Below are positions 54,625-61,582 of a stretch of 61,582 bases of DNA, in pieces. Under the pieces are notes generated by a model. The model ran no database searches and was not told where the DNA came from. It worked only from the letters and a program-made list of their open reading frames with translations. The DNA is from Candidatus Anderseniibacteriota bacterium (GTDB taxonomy: Bacteria; Patescibacteriota; Andersenbacteria; UBA10190), in the NCBI GenBank assembly GCA_040900375.1, contig JBBDZC010000014.1, forward strand, positions 33,130-94,711. The letters are read 5' to 3'. Position 1 is the first letter of the stretch. Each line of letters starts with the position of its first letter. Position numbers and translations under genes: made by a program.

Positions 54625-54683
54625 GTTGGCCGCATACGTGCCAACCCCGCGCTCATGCGGGGTTATCTCTAAACTGCCCGCAA

Positions 54684-55394
54684 ATGTATACACGCATTTT
54701 CGGACACAAACACGGGCACAAACATACAACTTTAATTGCCTTAACCGCTTTCACGTTTGTGACAGTGATGCCGGCAAACGCCTTGGCTTTTGAAGCGGGA
54801 CTTTCTATCTCACCGATGCCGCGGTTTACCGCGATGGTACAACTGGCTGGTCGCGATCCTTACTTAGCCCAAGCAATTGATAATTTACCGAGTTACCGCT
54901 ACACCAGTGCTGGCAGCGTGGTAAGCTCGCCTTCACCAATGACGACGGTGGGTATATGGCCAGTCAAACGAACGTGGACACCTGTGGCTCCTTTCCCCGT
55001 CGTGGCTACCCCAACCCCCTCGCCGGTGATTAATCCTTCACCTGCTCCAACCACAACTGACCGTAATTCCTTGCTGGTGATGGAGGGAGAGGCAAGCTAC
55101 TACAGCCGAGCCGGTTGTTTAGGCTGTGACCCCCGATTCATCATGGCGAATGGTCAACCCTTAAATGACAATGCCTTGACGATGGCGATTGGGGCTGACA
55201 AGAAACATTTTGTTGGCCGCACTGCTCGGGTCACCAGTCTTGCGACCGGCAAATCAGTTGAGGTGCGGATTACCGATACCGGCGGATTCTACCAGGCCAA
55301 GTATGGCCACCGCGTGGCCGACTTAACGGTGGCGACCAAGCAAGCCATTGGCATGGCCGGGGGTGTTGGCCAAGTCCGCGTTGAAGTCTTCTAA
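54684..55394 (+). CDS. RlpA-like lytic transglycosylase (double-psi beta-barrel) protein
   Basis: 236-aa ORF with a signal peptide and a Pro/Thr linker. The C-terminal domain is GEASYYS....G..TANG...N...TMAI........GRTARVTSLATGKSVEVRITDTGGF. Confidence 0.8.
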   Translation: MYTRIFGHKHGHKHTTLIALTAFTFVTVMPANALAFEAGLSISPMPRFTAMVQLAGRDPYLAQAIDNLPSYRYTSAGSVVSSPSPMTTVGIWPVKRTWTPVAPFPVVATPTPSPVINPSPAPTTTDRNSLLVMEGEASYYSRAGCLGCDPRFIMANGQPLNDNALTMAIGADKKHFVGRTARVTSLATGKSVEVRITDTGGFYQAKYGHRVADLTVATKQAIGMAGGVGQVRVEVF

Positions 55395-55419
55395 GCTGCT
55401 GGCTCGAGCTCAAGCCAAA

Positions 55420-55456
55420 GTACCCCTCGTGGCAGTCTGACGAGGGGTACTTTTTT
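55420..55456 (+). terminator. Rho-independent terminator
   Basis: GTACCCCTCG-tggcagtctga-CGAGGGGTAC followed by TTTTTT. Confidence 0.85.
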
Positions 55457-55555
55457 ATTGGTAATCCGCCACGGTTACAGTACAGATTCTATATAAAAGC
55501 CTCTTGGTGGAACACCGTAAGAGGCTGGGCACGAGAATATCATACGGCATCTCGT

Positions 55556-55783
55556 TTAAGTCATTGAGGCATCAAGATCGGGCATTGGCTCCAGGCGATA
55601 CTCACTCGGCTTGAATCCTTTGTTCTGTAGCTGACGCACTAAATCGAGAATAGTCGACTGCGACGCCAGGATTGTACCGCCGTCGCGACTGAAGGCAACC
55701 CACTGACCTTGGTACGGCGCTAAATCTTCCGCCGAGAACTTGCGACGGTTAGCCGCGTATACCTGCGTTGATGATGCTGTCAT
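55556..55783 (-). CDS. Small hypothetical protein
   Basis: 75-aa ORF (…LAPYQGQWVAFSRDGGTILASQSTILDLVRQLQNKGF…). It resembles short antitoxin-like/DUF5678-type proteins only vaguely. Confidence 0.5.
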   Translation of the reverse strand: MTASSTQVYAANRRKFSAEDLAPYQGQWVAFSRDGGTILASQSTILDLVRQLQNKGFKPSEYRLEPMPDLDASMT

Positions 55784-55869
55784 GGTTTCTCCTTAAAAAA
55801 TGAACAACTCTCACAGTGAGATCCTCATCTATAAACTCTCTGGTATAGTTTGTCACGGCGGCATTAGGA

Positions 55870-55977
55870 GTCAACCCATTCGACTCCACGGTCTAAAGGC
55901 CGTGGCTTGCTTAAGGGTTGACTCTAAAGCCGCGCGTATCTCCACCCTGAAGGGTGGAGCTTGCGCGAGTCGAAGAG
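55870..55977 (+). repeat. 108-nt structured intergenic module (family A), copy 3
   Basis: Identical to copy 1 except for one base in the terminal loop of the fourth helix (tgaA versus tgaC). Confidence 0.9.
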
Positions 55978-56046
55978 TCAACTTTCCCGGCCGTTATTTC
56001 GTCTACCGCGATGCAGGAGGGGTGTTTTCGCTGGGGAGTGGGTATA

Positions 56047-56075
56047 TTGACCAATAAGCAAAAATGTGATATAAT
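56047..56075 (+). promoter_or_regulatory. Strong sigma70-type promoter with extended -10
   Basis: TTGACC (56047-56052), a 17-nt spacer ending in TGa, then TATAAT (56070-56075), 54 nt upstream of the ATG at 56129. Confidence 0.7.
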
Positions 56076-56128
56076 GGGTCCGTAGCTTGATTCTTCTTTG
56101 AGTCAGGCTTTTTCATACCAACACCCAC

Positions 56129-56734
56129 ATGCCCATTCCCTGGCAGGGGACTAACTTCATACGAAAGACCACCATCGCCTTCCTAGACGTAGGTCATGAT
56201 ATATTGCAGCTGCTGCCCGTAGCTGCCTTTTTGTTTATTAGCAGCATACCGGCGGAATCACTCGCTTTTGTGGACCAGATCGAATTATCGCACCAGCCCC
56301 TCGTCTTTGTCCGTGACCCCAGTTTAGCCGATACCGCGATTGTCGGGATTGAGGCCTTTCCGCGCCACACACGGGCTGGTCCTCTTTTACGTTCTCCGGC
56401 CTCGCGTATTCCCAGTGCGCCGCGGCAGCTGGCTTCCGGCATGGCCGTGCGGGTGATGGCGACGGCGTACTCCTCGACGGTTGATCAAACTGATGGCAAC
56501 CCGTGGGCAACCGCTTCGGGCACCACCGTCCATCGCGGTACCCTGGCCGCTAATTTCCTGCCCTTTGGCAGCCAAGTCCGGATTGGCAATCAACTCTACA
56601 CTGTTGAGGATCGTCTTAACGCACGCTACAACGGCAAATATATTGTCGACTTGTGGTTACCCAGCCGCGCCGAGGCGATCCAATATGGTGTCCGCGTCGT
56701 GGAAATGGAAATTATCTCCTTGCCAGGAGAATAA
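56129..56734 (+). CDS. 3D-domain (MltA-like) cell-wall-binding/hydrolase protein
   Basis: 201-aa ORF. The C-terminus is VMATAYSSTVDQTDGNPWATASGTTVHRGTLAANFLPFGSQVRI...YTVEDRLNARYNGKYIVDLW, which carries the three conserved Asp residues of the 3D domain. Confidence 0.8.
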   Translation: MPIPWQGTNFIRKTTIAFLDVGHDILQLLPVAAFLFISSIPAESLAFVDQIELSHQPLVFVRDPSLADTAIVGIEAFPRHTRAGPLLRSPASRIPSAPRQLASGMAVRVMATAYSSTVDQTDGNPWATASGTTVHRGTLAANFLPFGSQVRIGNQLYTVEDRLNARYNGKYIVDLWLPSRAEAIQYGVRVVEMEIISLPGE

Positions 56735-56889
56735 TCAGAAATTATATTTTACAGTTTTCTGATGGGTGAGAGAATTGATTCGGTATCATAAGAATAGTGA
56801 TGAGCGGTGCTTGCGCACCATGGGCGCGTATCGAGGTAGCTCTACTGGGCTTGCACAATTTATGTTTTCAACTATACTTGCCACTACCT

Positions 56890-57372
56890 ATGGATCTCGT
56901 CCGCTATTTTGAACAACAGCAAATTAAGACGACCACGCGGCCCCGACTGAAGGCAGGCGATATCGTCCGCGTGGAAACAAAGATTACGGAAGGGGAAAAA
57001 ACTCGCCTGCAAACCTTTGAAGGGACAATTCTTGGCATCCGGGGGAGCGGTCCCTCGGCCAGCTTCACCGTGAGGCGCGAGACTGCCGGTTTTGCTGTCG
57101 AACGTATTTTCCCCGTCTACAGTCCCCTGATTACCTCTATCGAAATCATTAAGCGACAAAAAGTCCGCCGGGCTAAGCTCCACTACCTCCGTCATGCGGG
57201 GCGGCGGCGGATTAAGAAAGACGAGCTCTCCATGCAGCGGCACGTCAAAGAAGAAGCGGATAAAAAGCGCCTCGCGGCTGAAGCCAAAAAGCGGGTGCAG
57301 GATGAAGAAGTGGCGGCTGAAGCTAAGGCTAAGCGTGAGACAGAACAAGCGGCAGAGGCACTGAAAGCCTAA
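56890..57372 (+). CDS. rplS: 50S ribosomal protein L19 with a charged C-terminal extension
   Basis: The likely start is MDLVRYFEQQQ at 56890, whereas the track starts at 56797. The core is LKAGDIVRVETKITEGEKTRLQTFEGTILGIRGSG..ASFTVRR...GFAVERIFPVYSP. An extra Lys/Glu/Ala-rich tail of about 50 aa follows. Confidence 0.92.
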   Translation: MDLVRYFEQQQIKTTTRPRLKAGDIVRVETKITEGEKTRLQTFEGTILGIRGSGPSASFTVRRETAGFAVERIFPVYSPLITSIEIIKRQKVRRAKLHYLRHAGRRRIKKDELSMQRHVKEEADKKRLAAEAKKRVQDEEVAAEAKAKRETEQAAEALKA

Positions 57373-57394
57373 GAGAACCTTGTATTTTAAAAAA

Positions 57395-57419
57395 CTGACT
57401 CGCCGCCGAGTCAGTTTTC
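57395..57419 (+). terminator. Rho-independent terminator of rplS
   Basis: CTGACTCG-CCGC-CGAGTCAG followed by TTTTCT. Confidence 0.8.
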
Positions 57420-57435
57420 TGCTACTAAAAGTATA

Positions 57436-57507
57436 CGGCGCAGTGGCGAAGTAGTAACGCAGCGGTCTGCAAAACCGCCATGCATGGGTGCAACTCCCAT
57501 CTGCGCC
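57436..57507 (+). tRNA. tRNA-Cys(GCA)
   Basis: Manual cloverleaf: acceptor GGCGCAG/CTGCGCC, anticodon loop CTGCAAA, discriminator U, T loop TGCAACT. Confidence 0.88.
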
Positions 57508-57523
57508 TCAACAGTAATCTACA

Positions 57524-58030
57524 TTGTATGTTCGTTTACTGTTTGGTACACTTTACATTGTGAAGAAGAGGTCGTGGACTGTTAAACAACTACAAGAAGC
57601 AGTAAAGAGCTCCTTTAGTTATCGGCAAGTTATTACCAAGTTAGGCCTTCGTCCAGCAGGTGGTAATTACGCACAGCTTCAGAAATATATCCTGGAGAAT
57701 AATCTAGATATTGCACACTTCAAGGGACGCGGTTGGAACTTAGGGTTACGCGGAATTGGCAAACCACGTGTAGCGCTTGATCAAGTGCTCTGTAAGAATA
57801 GTTCTTTCCAGAGCTATAAGGTAAAGCATCGCTTATTTGCGGCGGGCCTTAAACCACAGTATTGCGAACTATGTGGTTGGACAAAAAGAAGTCCAAATGG
57901 GTATCTGCCTTTAGAACTTGATCACATCAATGGTGATAGGACTGACAATAGATTAGAAAACTTGCGAATTTTGTGTCCGAATTGCCACAGTATGACTGAT
58001 AACTATCGTAGCCGTCCACGAACAAGATAA
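57524..58030 (+). CDS. HNH endonuclease wedged between two tRNA genes
   Basis: 168-aa ORF with the C-terminal HNH motif CELCGW....LELDHINGDRTDNRLENLRILCPNCH. It starts 16 nt after tRNA-Cys, and its stop codon (58028-58030) directly abuts tRNA-Leu(UAA). Confidence 0.85.
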   Translation: MYVRLLFGTLYIVKKRSWTVKQLQEAVKSSFSYRQVITKLGLRPAGGNYAQLQKYILENNLDIAHFKGRGWNLGLRGIGKPRVALDQVLCKNSSFQSYKVKHRLFAAGLKPQYCELCGWTKRSPNGYLPLELDHINGDRTDNRLENLRILCPNCHSMTDNYRSRPRTR

Positions 58031-58113
58031 GCCCAGGTGGCGGAATGGTATACGCTGCGGCCTTAAAAGCCGCTGCCAGTAATGGCTTGCGAGTTCGAGT
58101 CTCGCCCTGGGCA
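58031..58113 (+). tRNA. tRNA-Leu(UAA)
   Basis: Manual cloverleaf: acceptor GCCCAGG/CCTGGGC, anticodon arm GCGGC-CTTAAAA-GCCGC, long variable arm. Confidence 0.9.
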
Positions 58114-58197
58114 CAGAACGGAACGAGCATCTCCAAAAACCTTCGCTCGTTTCTCAACAGAGCCGCATGTGGTAAAGGTTCACCTTTACTCTCCTTG

Positions 58198-58548
58198 CTA
58201 GGTAAGCGGTCTTTGTCTAATGCCTAGTACGCCATTGTATTGCTTTCTTTTTTCTTCGGGATACCTTCGTTCCAGCCGTTCAAGTTGATCCTGCTTGGTA
58301 CGGTGTGGCTCGATGTAACCATACTGGTCGCAGTAATCAAGCAGTTCTGCGAAGGTCGGATAGCGCAGCAGTTCCAGCACTTCAACCCTCACGATTTCAG
58401 TTCGTTCAGGTTCAAGGCCGTACTCAATAATGTCGCCTACAGCCATATCTTTCCATTCCGGTTTATTCAGCCGATATTCGACTGGTTTGCCTTCTTTTGT
58501 TCGTTGCCATGGATCCGGCTCTAAACCTAACTTCCAGACTCTTGGCAT
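58198..58548 (-). CDS. ASCH-domain protein
   Basis: An AAGGAG Shine-Dalgarno precedes the ATG at 58548. MPRVWKLGLEPDPWQRTKEGKPVEYRLNKPEWKDMAVGDIIEY...VRVEVLELLRYPTFAELL resembles the ASC-1 homology beta-barrel. Confidence 0.65.
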   Translation of the reverse strand: MPRVWKLGLEPDPWQRTKEGKPVEYRLNKPEWKDMAVGDIIEYGLEPERTEIVRVEVLELLRYPTFAELLDYCDQYGYIEPHRTKQDQLERLERRYPEEKRKQYNGVLGIRQRPLT

Positions 58549-58730
58549 CTTACAACTCCTTGGTGTATTGAACCTCTTTGCTGGTCGCTCCACAGACAGT
58601 TCCGGACACCTCATCCTCAAAACAGCCACGATAGGCCACTTTCCAGGCCGCTACATGCAGTTCAGTGATAGCTTGGGCATCAGTAGGCCCAGAGTGTTGC
58701 ACTTACTTGTTGAACCTAAAGAAATCAGGT

Positions 58731-58759
58731 TTGACAGGAGTAGTGAATTGTGCTACATT
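58731..58759 (+). promoter_or_regulatory. Sigma70-type promoter with extended -10 for the 58833-59855 small-ORF operon
   Basis: TTGACA (58731-58736), a 17-nt spacer ending in TGc, then TACATT (58754-58759). Confidence 0.6.
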
Positions 58760-58832
58760 ACTACATCTTCGTCAAGGGTTTGGCGAAGTCGCCCTTTTCA
58801 CCCCTTTCCTGTCTTTTTAAGGAGGCGTACCG

Positions 58833-59141
58833 ATGGAACAAGTCCTGGTGACCATCCTGCGGCGCGATGAGACTGACCTGACTCCTCAAGAGCGTGAGGC
58901 GATCCTCGCCGCGTTCCAGGGCAAGGAGGTTGTGTTCAAGCGCACCGACCCGAAGGACTTTATGGAACACGCCGAGCAGTGTCGGCAACTCAAGCCTGTT
59001 GCCGTCGTGCTGCCGCGCGAGCGACCCATCCCCGCCGTGGCGATGGAAGAAGGCTTTCAGCACATCACCGTTCTTCCCCATCGGGGAGTGGTGGAGCTGG
59101 AGCCGCTCGTGCCGAAGTTCAAGCCGTTCGTGCCGAAGTAG
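58833..59141 (+). CDS. Hypothetical protein
   Basis: 102-aa ORF with a perfect TAAGGAGG Shine-Dalgarno. I recognise no family. Confidence 0.6.
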   Translation: MEQVLVTILRRDETDLTPQEREAILAAFQGKEVVFKRTDPKDFMEHAEQCRQLKPVAVVLPRERPIPAVAMEEGFQHITVLPHRGVVELEPLVPKFKPFVPK

Positions 59142-59272
59142 CAGATCATCCTTTGGACACGATGTCCTTTCAATCATTTGGGTGACATGGAAACGTCGCC
59201 CTTCTTTCTAAGCCCTGTACTATGTGTTCAGGGTTGAGATAAGAAAACAGTTCCTTTTACAGGAGGCCAGCA

Positions 59273-59605
59273 ATGGCTGACAATCAAGAGAAAGAAACGC
59301 CCATTGCCGTGCATAACCGCACGCTGGAGGAGATCGAGTGGTATTTGAAATCCATGCAGGGTTTCCCGAACCGACAGATCGCTGCCGCAGCAGCCTCAGC
59401 TTTTGAGGATTGGCAACGGGGTAACCGCAAATCAGCCCAGACTGTCCTCATCCGTTGGTACAACACTGTCAAACAGGGTACTAACCATACCCTAAATGAA
59501 GGGTGCGCCGAGGCTTTGAACATGGAGGAAGTCCTGATGAGCAACGATGTGAAGCTGCACATGGATTTGTTGGTGCAAATGATCGTGACCCTGCAACGCC
59601 AGTAG
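59273..59605 (+). CDS. Hypothetical protein
   Basis: 110-aa ORF with a CAGGAGG Shine-Dalgarno. I recognise no family. Confidence 0.6.
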   Translation: MADNQEKETPIAVHNRTLEEIEWYLKSMQGFPNRQIAAAAASAFEDWQRGNRKSAQTVLIRWYNTVKQGTNHTLNEGCAEALNMEEVLMSNDVKLHMDLLVQMIVTLQRQ

Positions 59606-59642
59606 TATGGTCGAAACCCAACACCCTTCAAAGGAGACCACC

Positions 59643-59855
59643 ATGGGTCTGCGCGTCGTCGGCTGGGGCTGTCAGGATGACGAGATGTGCGCCTTCTGTG
59701 ACAAGAACAAGGCGACCATCTATGTCGAAGACACACAGGACAGGTGCATGGAGATGATCCCTGCCTGTAACACCTGTGTGCCACCCCAGAGCTGCCCCGA
59801 CCCCATCGCCGATGTGTTTGCGCGAGTGATCGCGAAAGCACAGGCGACCCAGTAA
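59643..59855 (+). CDS. Cys-rich small protein (8 Cys in 70 aa)
   Basis: An AAAGGAGA Shine-Dalgarno precedes the ATG at 59643. The product is MGLRVVGWGCQDDEMCAFCDKNKATIYVEDTQDRCMEMIPACNTCVPPQSCPDP... The track starts at 59607. Confidence 0.55.
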   Translation: MGLRVVGWGCQDDEMCAFCDKNKATIYVEDTQDRCMEMIPACNTCVPPQSCPDPIADVFARVIAKAQATQ

Positions 59856-60019
59856 ACTAAGTGAGCTGTGACAAGCTCACCGCCCCTAGTAACTCAATGA
59901 GTGAACGGGGCTTCTTTTTATGCTAAAGCCAATAACTCTTGTACCTCGTTTAATAAAACCTGTGGCGCAGTTACTTGATCCAGCCACTTCATTGTTCTAA
60001 AATCGTCCCATTGCTTGCA

Positions 60020-60367
60020 CTAGATAATGAAGCTACTCACCGCTGCTCCCTGCGCGTGTGGGGCGTAATCGCTGAATTGAGCTACAGTATTTGCCAACAA
60101 ACACTGTTCGAGTTCGCTACGGGGGATAATAAACAATTGCACAGTTGTGTCAGTATACGGCAGCCGGACACGCACAATATCTACGCCGTGAGGCCGCCAA
60201 CGCTCCCAAAGCTCCACGCCCTTTTCTCGATCCTCGCCCGGGAATACATCGAGGAGACGGTCATCACGCTCCACGCGCTGGAAGCCGGCAGAGAATAGCG
60301 CACGGATGAGCGTGCTATATTCTTGGGCACTGTCACTTTCGCTGCGAGACTGGCGGTTATTTTTCAT
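60020..60367 (-). CDS. Hypothetical protein
   Basis: 115-aa ORF. Its start overlaps the rluD-like stop by 1 nt. I recognise no family. Confidence 0.5.
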   Translation of the reverse strand: MKNNRQSRSESDSAQEYSTLIRALFSAGFQRVERDDRLLDVFPGEDREKGVELWERWRPHGVDIVRVRLPYTDTTVQLFIIPRSELEQCLLANTVAQFSDYAPHAQGAAVSSFII

Positions 60368-61329
60368 TATTGCTTGAGTGCATCTAAGACCTGCTGAAAG
60401 TCGGGCGGCAGGGGAGCAGTAAATGTTTTCCGCTTGCCAGTGAGCAGCGTGACAGTTAGTCGCTGGGCGTGGAGCAAGTGGCGCATGACGCCATGCGGCG
60501 GACGCTGGCGCTTAAAGGTATAGAGAGCGTCGCCAACGATGGGGAAGCCTAAGAAATGCAGGTGGGCACGAATCTGGTGGGTGCGGCCAGTTAAGGGAAA
60601 CACACGTAAGAGAGTAAAGCGGCCCGCTAATTTTTCTTCGAGACGCCACTCGGTCACGGCGTCTTTCGGCGCCCCGCGTAGCCCCTCGGGCGAAGTGGGG
60701 ACCGACTCACTAGCAATCGTACGGCGCAGAGGATTGCGCCGACTGCGCGTCAGCGCGCGATTAATCCGCCCCTTGGTCTCACCGGGTTGACCAAAAACTA
60801 GCGCCAAGTACTCCTTGTGGGCGCGGCGGCGCTGGAATTGCTCTTTGAGATGTTCGTAGGCGGCTTGGGTTTTCGCGATGATTAGCGCCCCGCTAGTCTC
60901 CCTATCAAGCCGATGCACAATGCCAGGGCGCTGGGCATCCTCGCCGACGGTGCCAATTGCTGGATAGCGCTGTTCGAGCCAGCTCACCACGGTGGGCGCT
61001 TCTCGACCATTGCCCGCGTGCACGACTACACCTGCCGGCTTGTTGATTACCACGACGTCTCTGTCCTCATACAGAATGGGGAAGGTGAGCGAGGCAGGAG
61101 CGCCTGCTTGTTCCTCTGGACGATGAGCCGAGGCAGGAAGAGCGATAGTAATAACATCTCCCTCACTGACGATTTGCCGGGGTTTACCCGTAGTATTGTT
61201 AATCTTAATCTGGTCTTCTCGAATAGCTCGCTGGAGAGCGGCGCGGGAATAGCCGGGCAACTGACTGACACAAAAAACGTCTAGTCGTTGGCCAGCATCT
61301 GCAGCTGATACGGTAAGTAGTTTTTCCAT
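60367..61329 (-). CDS. rluD: RluA-family 23S rRNA pseudouridine synthase (RluD-like)
   Basis: 320-aa ORF with an S4 domain (QRLDVFCVSQL..SRAALQRAI), the catalytic motif HRLDRETSGALIIAK, and ...GRTHQIRAHL. Confidence 0.92.
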   Translation of the reverse strand: MEKLLTVSAADAGQRLDVFCVSQLPGYSRAALQRAIREDQIKINNTTGKPRQIVSEGDVITIALPASAHRPEEQAGAPASLTFPILYEDRDVVVINKPAGVVVHAGNGREAPTVVSWLEQRYPAIGTVGEDAQRPGIVHRLDRETSGALIIAKTQAAYEHLKEQFQRRRAHKEYLALVFGQPGETKGRINRALTRSRRNPLRRTIASESVPTSPEGLRGAPKDAVTEWRLEEKLAGRFTLLRVFPLTGRTHQIRAHLHFLGFPIVGDALYTFKRQRPPHGVMRHLLHAQRLTVTLLTGKRKTFTAPLPPDFQQVLDALKQ

Positions 61330-61346
61330 GGCTTAAGTAAAGAGGG

Positions 61347-61419
61347 TGCGCATGGTAGGAATCGAACCTACTGCCCCTCCCATGTCAAGGGAGTGCTCTG
61401 ACCAGTGAGCTACACGCGC
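61347..61419 (-). tRNA. tRNA-Val(GAC)
   Basis: Manual cloverleaf on the reverse strand: acceptor GCGCGTG/CATGCGC, anticodon arm CTCCC-TTGACAT-GGGAG. Confidence 0.9.
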
Positions 61420-61507
61420 CAAACTAAACGGTATGGCAAACTATAGCCAAAAGCACTATAAGGTGCAATAAATATAGTTACTTGCTCTGGCATAGCCAGC
61501 GTAGTCT

Positions 61508-61582
61508 AGGCCCGTAGCTCAGCGGTAGAGCGGCACTCTTATACAGTGTACGTCGCAGGTTCGATCCCTGCCGGGCCTACCA
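61508..61582 (+). tRNA. tRNA-Ile(UAU), CCA encoded
   Basis: Manual cloverleaf: acceptor AGGCCCG/CGGGCCT (the Ile-type AGGCC... start), anticodon arm GCACT-CTTATAC-AGTGT, T arm GCAGG-TTCGATC-CCTGC, then ACCA at the window end. Confidence 0.85.

Noticed and set aside
55870-55977. I considered whether the 108-nt family A module is a 5S rRNA, given the similar length and a CCCAT..CGA.CTC stretch.
   Set aside because: The 5' and 3' ends do not pair with each other, so there is no helix I. The conserved 5S blocks (GAUGGUAGU, GAGAGUAGG) are absent. There are also three dispersed copies in both orientations.
1-61582. I looked for CRISPR arrays, rRNA genes, transposase or reverse-transcriptase genes (DGR or retron), and an alternative genetic code.
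   Set aside because: The repeats present are dispersed and not regularly spaced with unique spacers. I found no ORF with Cas, transposase or RT motifs. Long housekeeping ORFs terminate at TGA, TAA and TAG alike, which is consistent with the standard bacterial code.

Overview
This is a gene-dense 61.6-kb bacterial chromosome fragment using the standard genetic code (TGA is used as a stop). The gene content and style suggest a reduced Gram-positive-like or Patescibacteria (CPR) genome, but I cannot confirm the taxon from sequence alone. Supporting traits are RNase Y, tandem small pilin-like proteins, housekeeping proteins with low-complexity tails, tRNA genes without encoded CCA, and an intron in a tRNA.

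Recognisable core genes are pnp, rpsO, a xerC/D-like recombinase, a clpC-type ATPase, gyrA, rpsA, a P-type ATPase, yraN, nusA, hppA, tig, clpP, rny, nfo, a family-4-like UDG, rplS and rluD. There are 12 tRNA genes. One is a tRNA-Phe(GAA) split by a 205-nt ORF-less group I intron, and one is a tRNA-Ile with anticodon UAU.

The least ordinary content is non-coding:
- A 108-nt module is present three times. It folds into a nested double pseudoknot with the strand order of HDV-like ribozymes.
- A MITE-like family has CCCCGT(T)AG terminal inverted repeats and 4-bp target duplications.
- A box (TTATTGCACCCCGT ... GGCTTCAT) recurs in seven intergenic gaps.
- A 52-nt motif is shared by two non-coding gaps.
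- A 24-nt palindrome is inserted in-frame, in both orientations, in two adjacent envelope genes.

Accessory-looking protein content:
- Five tandem VirB2/TrbC-like pilin paralogs.
- A two-gene module pairing a wHTH/coiled-coil/TM protein with a coiled-coil lipoprotein.
- An SPFH-like membrane pair next to tRNA-Leu(TAG).
- Two AT-rich HNH endonuclease genes wedged among tRNA genes.
- A small-ORF cluster next to tRNA-Leu(TAA).

No rRNA, CRISPR array or transposase gene was seen. Two real-looking ORFs are missing from the supplied track: the edge-truncated CDS at 1..1063 (-) and a 52-aa paralog at 8315..8473 (-).
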